Virus record (IMG/VR): IMGVR_UViG_2534681627_000017
From: a virus
Taxonomy: Duplodnaviria > Heunggongvirae > Uroviricota > Caudoviricetes
DNA: 6,028 nt
Reading direction: 5' to 3' (one strand)
Each line of letters starts with the position of its first letter. Within the stretch, counting starts at the first letter, position 1. Of this stretch, positions 1-6,028 are shown one piece after another. Under the pieces are notes generated by a model that did no database searches, was not told the DNA's origin, and saw nothing but the letters and a program-made list of their open reading frames with translations. The position numbers and the translations under genes were made by a program.

Positions 1-116
1 GGCAGACCTGTATGAGGCGGAATATATGCGTCACCTTCACCAATAAATTCATTAGTTCCGGCCAGCAGATTATAAATTTTTATGGTCCGTGGTTGTTCAC
101 TCATTCTGAATGCCAT
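1..116 (-). CDS. tfa: Tail fibre assembly protein Tfa, N-terminal 39 codons only; gene continues past the window start
   Basis: Minus-strand ATG at 116..114 opens a frame reading [39 protein letters not shown], which matches the lambda Tfa N-terminus as I remember it. The ATG overlaps the stf stop codon (TAATG, shared base at 116). Not in the ORF track because it is cut by the window edge. Confidence 0.8.
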
Positions 117-3100
117 TATGCAAGCCTCACAATGTAGTTAAATGCGATGTTTTTGACGGTGTTTTCCGCGTTACCAGCAGCGTTAACGGTGATGGTATGT
201 CCATGTGAACCAATCGCAACGGAGTGCGTATGAGCACCAATACCGACAGTATGTGCGTGTGCACCTGCGCTTGCAGCAGTACCCGATACAGAGTGCGTAT
301 GAGCGCCTGCAGAAGAAGTGTTAACACTGTATTTAGAATAATCAGGTGATCCACTTCCCGGAGCACCACTGGAACCACCTGAAACAAATGTCATCGAATG
401 GGTATGTGCACCGGCTGAAGCAGCCGTACCGCTAACACTATGGGTATGCGCACCAGTGTTATTCGTGGATTTAGTGCCGTAATCAAACGACGATGTGGTT
501 TTCGTCCCCAAATCAGTACTGGATGCGCTGGCGCTGTGGGTATGCGATTTTATGCCGTCCTGTTCCTGAGACAATACGGCACGACCACTGGCGGGCTTGC
601 CCTTAATCGTCCAGCCACGCATATCAGGGATCACGCCTGACGGATAAGCGGCTGCAAGTTTCGGGTAGGCAGATTTGTCAAAAGTCTGCCCCTGCATCAG
701 GGCATAACCAGACGGAACGGTATCTGATGGCCACGGGATTGGTGCGCCGACTGGGTAGCTTTCTGGTGGAAGATTTTTCGAGGTATAAACTTCTGCCCAG
801 CCTTCCTCAAAACCATAGCCATCTCTTGAGGAACGGTAGAACAGACCTCCATTTCTGTAATGCGCCTTCATCTGCAGGGTCCGGCAACTTCCGACTCCGG
901 TATAGAAGTTAACCAGAATATAGGTGTCGCCAGAGCGGGTGACATTGTAAGCGCCTGATTCGGCATTCCAGGGAACGCCACCATCCGCATCGGCATATGT
1001 ATCCGTTGCCCTTCTGGCAAAAGCAGCCACATGCGCGGCGGTTAAAGTGATATCAGTAGAACCATCAAATGGAACACCGGATATTTTTCTTGCAGTCTGA
1101 AGTTTTGTAGCAGTTGCAGCATTACCAGTGGTGTTCTGATTACCCGTAGTGTTTACACCTGGAAGGTTAATATTTGCAGAACCGTCGAAAACAACTCCAC
1201 CGATAGATCTTGCCGTCTGCAATTTCGTGGCTGTACTTGCATTACCATTCAATGAACCAGTTAATCCACCTGTAACAGACAACGGACCTGAAACTGTTCC
1301 TCCGGTTGTTGGCAGTGCTCCAATATCTAACGGCGTCGGTTTCTGATGTGTGCTATACATCGTATAAACAACACCATCGGTAACGCTGGAAGGCTTACTC
1401 GCTGAATATGTTGGCGATGTATAAATAGAAACTGTCGCATTTGCAGTACAATCCCAATGGATATTTACACGAGTCGCATAATTGCCAATCTCAACGTAAA
1501 TATCATATGTATCGCCGGATGTGTTGATCCAGGCGAAATTCGTTAATCCGACGGCTGTACGCTTCCACAAAGCCCCGGTAATTCCTTTGGGGTTTCCATT
1601 GCCTGCTCGTAGAACCAGTTCTGAAATGCCTGCCTGATGTGGGGAACCGACGTTGTAACCAGCGCCACCAATCAATGCGATGTAAACGATGGAACTCGCT
1701 TGTGGCATGGTAACCGTAGCCAGTTTGAACCACCCAGCCCCGCCAGAGAAAGACATCGTTACTGAATTTAAAGTACCAATATCTTTCGGCGTTAATGTTA
1801 TATCCGCAGTCAGTGCTTTTCCGTTAACTTTTCGGTTAGATGGCACCCTGCTATTCGCATTGTCATTGGCTGCTTTAACTGCTTTTGGCGTTGCGGCCAG
1901 CGATTCACTGATGCTATCAACAGCACTGCTAAGTTTCACAACACCTTTAGTTGTAAGGCTTGCGTCTTCCATCGCAACTGCATCGGCAATCTCTTCAGCA
2001 CGATCAGCAGCAGCTTCCGCACGGGTCGCAGCGGATTCAGCAGCAGTTTTGCTCTGAGATGCTGCCGTCGCACTGCCTGCCGCCTCTGTTGCTTTCGTGG
2101 ATGCCGTCGTGGCGCTGCCCTTCGCTGCTGACGCCTGTCTGGTCGCCTCATCTTTTGAAGCAGACGCAGATGATGCCGATGACGCTGCCGAACTGGCGGA
2201 CGATGCGGCTGCCGTTTTTGAGGATTCTGCACGGGTTTCCGACGCTTTCGCATTCGTTTCGGATGTCTTCGCTGCGGAAGCAGACCTCGCTGCTGCGCTG
2301 GCCTGTACAGCGGCTTCGCCAGCCTTCGTTGTGGCTGTTGAAGCGGACGATGCAGCACTTTCTGCCGATTTTCCGGCGGCGGTGGCACTGGCTGAGGCCT
2401 GCCCGGCACTTGTTGACGCGGCACTGGCAGACGACGCAGCCGCTGTTTTTGAGCCTGCCGCAGCTGAGGCACTCTGTCCCGCTGCCGTTTCAGAAGCCTT
2501 GGCGTTCGTCTCGGACGTTTTTGCCGCCTTCGCAGAATTTGCTGTCGCCGTTGCCGAGGAAGCTGCGCTGCTGGCGCTCGAGGCTGCGCTCGTTTCTGAT
2601 GATTTTGCCGCCTCTTTTGAAGCCGACGCATCCCGGGCTGAGGTGGCAGCTTCTGACGCTTTCGTGGTCGCGGTGGATGCTGAAGTGGCTGCTGATTGTT
2701 GTGACGCTGCCGCATTCGTTTCTGACGTTTTTGCCGCAGCGGCACTGGTGGCCGCCGCGCTTTTTGAGGACTCTGCAGCGGCAGCACTTTTTGATGCTTC
2801 AGTGGCCTTTGCTGATGCCGTTCCTGCGCTGGAAGACGCTGACTGAGCCGACGAAGCGGCCTGTCCGGCTGACGTGCTGGCTGCGCGTGCTGAGCCTGCA
2901 GCATCAGTCGCATGGGTTGCCGCCTCACGTGCTGATGTGCCGGCATCGCTGGCTGACTTCTTCGCGGCTGCCGTGTTCTGTGCCACCGCGGACGCGTTAC
3001 GCGCCACCTCTTCCACCATCAGTTCAAAACGGCGCAGTGCCTCAGGACGGGCATCATCCTCCGTCATGGCACCGAGAAAATCATTCAGCGTACCGGGTCG

Positions 3101-3343
3101 GGAATCTTCATACACGGTGATGGTCCCGGCATGTGACGGCGGGAATCCCTCCACCAACAGAATAACGCTGTACTGACCGTACTCAACGTCCATGCTGTAA
3201 CGCCCGGCTTCATCCGGATTTTCTGAGGCCAGCGTGTTCACCACCACCGTGGTGCTGTTACGTTTTGCTTTCAGCTGGATTGTGCAGTTCTGTACCGGTT
3301 TTCCTGTGCCGTCTTTCAGTACACCTGAAATCTTTACTGCCAT
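116..3343 (-). CDS. stf: Side tail fibre protein Stf, long mosaic variant (~1075 aa)
   Basis: ORF track 116..3349 (1077 aa from a GTG). I place the start at the ATG at 3343..3341 because the product then begins [26 protein letters not shown], as in lambda Stf, and a GGGG run sits 5 nt upstream, whereas the GTG has no spacing to it. The C-terminus ([40 protein letters not shown], HxH repeats, ending [22 protein letters not shown]) is the T4 gp37-like tip of lambda-family Stf. Two [12 protein letters not shown] phage tail-fibre repeat units lie at aa 706-770. Confidence 0.9.
197..553 (-). repeat. Coding array of seven His-x-His motifs in the Stf C-terminal tip
   Basis: Translation contains SHTHS, AHTHS (x4), AHAHT and SHGHT, separated by Gly/Ser/Ala/Thr-rich spacers; the unit GTAASAGAH(T/A)H recurs. 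Matching imperfect DNA repeats (gtgcgtatgagc / gtatgtgcacc) are visible on the + strand. Confidence 0.7.
1970..3001 (-). repeat. Ala/Ser/Thr-rich low-complexity repetitive shaft region of Stf (aa ~117-460)
   Basis: About 340 residues composed almost entirely of A, S, T, K, E, Q and G. The motif AAKTSETNA occurs three times (aa 205, 275, 359; nt 2737..2711, 2527..2501, 2275..2249), with ~20-bp imperfect DNA repeats on the + strand at about 2712-2734, 2505-2526 and 2258-2280. Confidence 0.75.
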
Positions 3344-3354
3344 ATTCACCCCAC

Positions 3355-3380
3355 AAAAAAGCCCGCCTGAACCGGCGGGC
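3355..3380 (-). terminator. Putative rho-independent terminator between lom and stf
   Basis: On the minus strand: GCCCGCC-ggttca-GGCGGGC (7-bp GC stem, 6-nt loop; 3380..3361) followed directly by TTTTTT (3360..3355). It lies 28 nt after the lom stop and 12 nt before the stf ATG. Confidence 0.55.
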
Positions 3381-3407
3381 TGTCATAACACTGTGTTACC
3401 TGGCTAA

Positions 3408-4007
3408 TCAGAATTTATAACCGACACCCACGATGAAACCGTCAGTGCGCCAGTCACCACTGCCGGAGCCTTCATAAGCAATATCAATGGCCACGGATTC
3501 GGTCGGGTTAAACTGCACGCCAGCCCCCCACGCCAGAGACGTGTTGCTGTGGCGACCGTCATCACTTCCGGTCAGCACATCGTGCTTTTTCCCCTTGTTG
3601 TCAGTTACGCGGAGATAATCCCCGGAGAAAGTCGACACGCGGCTGTAAGCCACACCCGCCATCGCATACGCGCTGAACCATTCATTCACGCGCACAGACG
3701 GCCCCGCCATTACGCTGAACCAGCGGTTACGAACGGAATCTTCATGCCAGCGGGTATCGCTGTAACGGGTCAGCTGGCGATTCTTGTCTCCTGCATAGCT
3801 GAATGACGTCACCAGCCCCAGTGTGTCCGTAAACTCATAACGGTATTTCACGTTAATCCCGTTCAGATCATCGCTGCCGGGGACGTTCGTCGAGGCATGA
3901 AGATAGCCCGCGCTCAGCGTGGACTGATGTTCAGACGCCCATGCAGGCGCACCGGATACGGCCAGACAAATGGCTGCGGACAAAATGGCGGCATAAAGTT
4001 TACGCAT
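3408..4007 (-). CDS. lom: Outer-membrane protein Lom (Ail/Lom/OmpX/PagC family beta-barrel)
   Basis: 199-aa ORF with a typical signal peptide (MRKLYAAILSAAICLAVSGAPAWA | SEHQ) and a C-terminal aromatic residue (..GVGYKF) as expected for an outer-membrane beta-barrel. The sequence is near-identical to lambda Lom as I remember it. A GAGAGGT Shine-Dalgarno sits 5 nt upstream of the ATG at 4007. Confidence 0.9.
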   Translation of the reverse strand: MRKLYAAILSAAICLAVSGAPAWASEHQSTLSAGYLHASTNVPGSDDLNGINVKYRYEFTDTLGLVTSFSYAGDKNRQLTRYSDTRWHEDSVRNRWFSVMAGPSVRVNEWFSAYAMAGVAYSRVSTFSGDYLRVTDNKGKKHDVLTGSDDGRHSNTSLAWGAGVQFNPTESVAIDIAYEGSGSGDWRTDGFIVGVGYKF

Positions 4008-4031
4008 AATTACCTCTCGCTTTTCTGCAAT

Positions 4032-4055
4032 AAAAAAGGCGTCATTCCTGACGCC
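4032..4055 (-). terminator. Putative rho-independent terminator or attenuator hairpin just upstream of lom
   Basis: Perfect 7-bp inverted repeat ggcgtca / tgacgcc (+ 4038-4044 and 4049-4055) with a 4-nt loop, followed on the minus strand by TTTTTTA (+ 4032-4037 is A6). The + strand has a weaker T-rich tail (cTTTaTT), so it may act in both directions. Confidence 0.5.
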
Positions 4056-4077
4056 CTTTATTGGGGTTATAAATATT

Positions 4078-4273
4078 TCAACGAATACTGATGCCGGAAG
4101 CGGCTTTTTTCATCACCACAACCAGCAGAGTCGCTGATACTGGTTGTTGGTGTCCCCTGATTGCCTTTCTGGAAAATACGTTAAACTCCAGTGTCAGCTT
4201 CCCCTGCCACTCGGCATATCAATAACTGCACTGTAACTACCGGGAATGGCCCCTTTAGTTTCTCTGGATGCGA
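4078..4273 (-). pseudogene. Out-of-frame remnant of the J 3' end (J-like C-terminal coding sequence continuing in two shifted frames)
   Basis: Downstream of the J stop at 4274, minus-strand coordinate frame 2 (open 4337..4197) reads ..[37 protein letters not shown], and coordinate frame 0 (open 4218..4081, stop 4080..4078) reads ..QGKLTLEFNVFSRKAIRGHQQPVSATLLVVVMKKAASGISIR*. These resemble the lambda J C-terminus as I remember it (..NGAVIY..SRIVDMPAGRGNVILTFTLTS..VQVMVIKKQALGISVV*). Confidence 0.55.
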
Positions 4274-6028
4274 TTAATACGCCGTTTTTGCGAACTTCAA
4301 AACCATAACCCAGGTTGAATACCAGTATGACTGTTGGTTATTTCCGCTCCCCGGATCGTCATACGCTATACCGTTAAAAATAATGGGCGGAATAATAATC
4401 TGGCGGTCAAAGTTATGATCATCGCTGATGGTGACTGTAACCGTACCGTTTGGTGTTTCCGTGTTACCCCACGTACCGACTTTTTTCGGGAAGGCTTTTG
4501 ATACAGCTTTAACGAAATCTCCTCTGACCTGGGTCGCCTCCAGCATGCCCTTAATCGTACAGTTCTGGTTAATCGTGACATTGTTGAGCGTTCCTGAGTT
4601 CGCATTCACACTGCCACTGATATCCGCATTTTTCGCCGTCAGTCTCCCGTCTGATGTCAGGGAAAATGCCGGAGGATTACCGCCGCTGGTAATGGTGGGG
4701 GCCGTCAGGCGTTTCAGGAACACTTCATTCATGAATATCTGATCGCCCTGACCAACAAACATCGGCTTTGTGTTGCCATTCGCAGGATTAATCATCGCAA
4801 TCCTGTCTGCTGCCAGCAGCACCTGACTCTGCATGCCGTCAGGGGTGTTCTCAATACCGGCACCGATACCCGCAATATAAAGGCGTCCGTCCTGCATCTG
4901 CTGCAGCTTCACAGCCCACATGCTGTTCAGGTTATTATTTGTATCAACCTGAACCTTCTGTATCTGCTGGATCGCTGCACTCTGATCTTCCAGTTTCTTA
5001 TTAACGGTCTGTGTGATTTCATTGCTGACATCCGTTATGGACGTCCTGATTTCAGTCAGGTCAGGCGCAAGCTGACCGTTATCAATCTGCGTCCACAGCT
5101 CCTGAGCCAGATGGGTTTTCCCTATCTCGCCTTTGAAAAAATCCAGATAGCCTGATGCATCATCACTCGGCTGACCGACAGCCTCCACGAATGCCGATTT
5201 GCCAACGGTGTTCACACTGCGAACGTAAAAATAATAATCATGGCCCGGTTTGATATTGATACTGGCGGCTATCCAGTACAGCGCCGTACCAAGATAGCGC
5301 GCTGTGGTTTCAACCTGCCTGATATCCGCAATCCGCTTTTCCGAGAACCAGAACTCAAACTGTACCGTCGGATCATAAACCGCAAGATGCGGCGTGGCGG
5401 TTATCTGAAAATACCCCGGTGTCAGCTCAATCTGCGACGGCGCTGCCGGTGCGGCAATCCGGAACGATACCGATGCCGGATCGCCCTGCTGTCCCCACGC
5501 ATTTACTGCCCGGACCGTCAGCGTGTAACGCCCCAGCGCCAGTTGTGTGAAGCGGTATGTGGTTTCCGCCGTCCGGGCTGTGCTGACCAGCCGCTCACTG
5601 CCGTCATCCGCTGCCACGGTCAGGCGAAGCATAAAGCTCACCCCCTTCACCACCTTCGGCGTGTCCCAGCGGGCCAGTACCTGATATTCCCCGCTGTCTG
5701 CGGTGACTTCGGCAGTCAGGTGCTGCACCGCTGGCGGCGTGACACCATTCACCGTGCCGCTCTGGTCGCCGTCAAAGTGCGCCCCGTTATCCACGATGGC
5801 CTCTTTTTCCGGTACATGCTGCACGGCGGTGATGGCATACATACCGTCGTCGTTCTCACGGATACTCACGCAGCGGAACAGGCGCTGGCGCAGCGTCGGC
5901 AGCTTCAGCCCCCACACGCTGTATCCGGCAACGCCGTCAGGAACACGGCTCACTTTTACCTTCACGCCGTCGGTGACGGACTGGACCTCCACGCTGACCG
6001 GATTGCCACTTCCGTCAACCAGGCTTAT
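4274..6028 (-). CDS. J: Tail tip / host-specificity protein J (central tail fibre), 3' portion; 5' end beyond the window; 3' end apparently truncated by frameshift
   Basis: The frame is open from the window edge at 6028; the track ORF 4274..5992 begins at an internal GTG. The translation (..[84 protein letters not shown]..) is collinear with lambda J as I remember it. The in-frame C-terminus ends ..KFAKTAY*, roughly 64 residues earlier than the homologous sequence runs. Confidence 0.88.
   Translation of the reverse strand: MSLVDGSGNPVSVEVQSVTDGVKVKVSRVPDGVAGYSVWGLKLPTLRQRLFRCVSIRENDDGMYAITAVQHVPEKEAIVDNGAHFDGDQSGTVNGVTPPAVQHLTAEVTADSGEYQVLARWDTPKVVKGVSFMLRLTVAADDGSERLVSTARTAETTYRFTQLALGRYTLTVRAVNAWGQQGDPASVSFRIAAPAAPSQIELTPGYFQITATPHLAVYDPTVQFEFWFSEKRIADIRQVETTARYLGTALYWIAASINIKPGHDYYFYVRSVNTVGKSAFVEAVGQPSDDASGYLDFFKGEIGKTHLAQELWTQIDNGQLAPDLTEIRTSITDVSNEITQTVNKKLEDQSAAIQQIQKVQVDTNNNLNSMWAVKLQQMQDGRLYIAGIGAGIENTPDGMQSQVLLAADRIAMINPANGNTKPMFVGQGDQIFMNEVFLKRLTAPTITSGGNPPAFSLTSDGRLTAKNADISGSVNANSGTLNNVTINQNCTIKGMLEATQVRGDFVKAVSKAFPKKVGTWGNTETPNGTVTVTISDDHNFDRQIIIPPIIFNGIAYDDPGSGNNQQSYWYSTWVMVLKFAKTAY

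Noticed and set aside
127-2057. Small ORFs inside or antisense to stf (127..387 minus, 440..640 plus, 727..912 plus, 1149..1346 plus, 1503..1733 minus, 1689..2057 plus)
   Set aside because: Short, fully embedded in the well-supported stf coding frame, with no ribosome-binding sites or recognisable motifs; these are shadow ORFs.
197-3001. CRISPR array or collagen-like repeat as an explanation for the periodic sequence in stf
   Set aside because: The repeats are imperfect, in-frame and coding, with no constant-length direct repeats and unique spacers. The protein lacks the Gly-X-Y periodicity of collagen-like fibres.
1936-3120. Large alternative-frame ORFs across the stf repeat region (1936..2946 minus, 336 aa, Arg/Pro/Gln-rich; 1960..3120 plus, 386 aa; 2097..2846 plus, 249 aa, Ala/Asp-rich; 2874..3176 plus, 100 aa)
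   Set aside because: They lie wholly inside the Ala/Ser-rich part of stf, have extreme low-complexity compositions that are simply the out-of-frame or antisense reading of GCN/TCN codon repeats, and have no start context of their own. The stf frame is the one with recognisable N- and C-terminal homology.
4059-4081. Possible sigma70 promoter for lom (TTGAAA at 4081..4076; TATAAC at 4071..4066)
   Set aside because: The two hexamers are not at a workable spacing from each other, and neither has a convincing partner at 16-18 bp. I cannot support a promoter call from sequence alone.
3549-4091. Plus-strand ORFs antisense to lom (3549..3806, 85 aa; 3897..4091, 64 aa)
   Set aside because: Antisense to a clearly identified, signal-peptide-bearing lom gene; no supporting signals.
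4093-4110. Plus-strand hairpin-like gccg-gaag-cggc followed by TTTTTT
   Set aside because: Only a 4-bp stem, and it lies within the frame-0 J remnant (encoding ..MKKAASGI.. on the minus strand); more likely coding sequence than a terminator.
4366-4742. ORFs 4366..4605 (minus, 79 aa) and 4428..4742 (plus, 104 aa) inside J
   Set aside because: Embedded in the J coding region in other frames, while the J frame carries clear homology throughout; shadow ORFs.

Overview
This window is the tail-fibre end of a lambda-like (lambdoid) enterobacterial phage or prophage, with every gene on the minus strand. Reading 5'->3' on the minus strand the order is: J (tail tip/host-specificity protein, 3' portion; 5' end beyond the window) - hairpin - lom (Ail/Lom-family outer-membrane protein) - terminator hairpin - stf (side tail fibre, long ~1075 aa variant) - tfa (tail fibre assembly, first 39 codons only). 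Identifications rest on my own reading of the translations and on remembered lambda protein sequences, not on a database search. The most notable observation is that the J reading frame stops about 190 nt early, while J-like C-terminal coding sequence continues in two other frames, each switch consistent with a single-base deletion at or near a homopolymer run. Stf is a mosaic: a lambda-like N-terminus and C-terminal tip flank an Ala/Ser-rich repetitive shaft and two internal modules I do not recognise. I see no evidence of a defence system, CRISPR array, RNA gene or transposase; the large alternative-frame ORFs in the track are by-products of the GC-rich Ala/Ser repeat.
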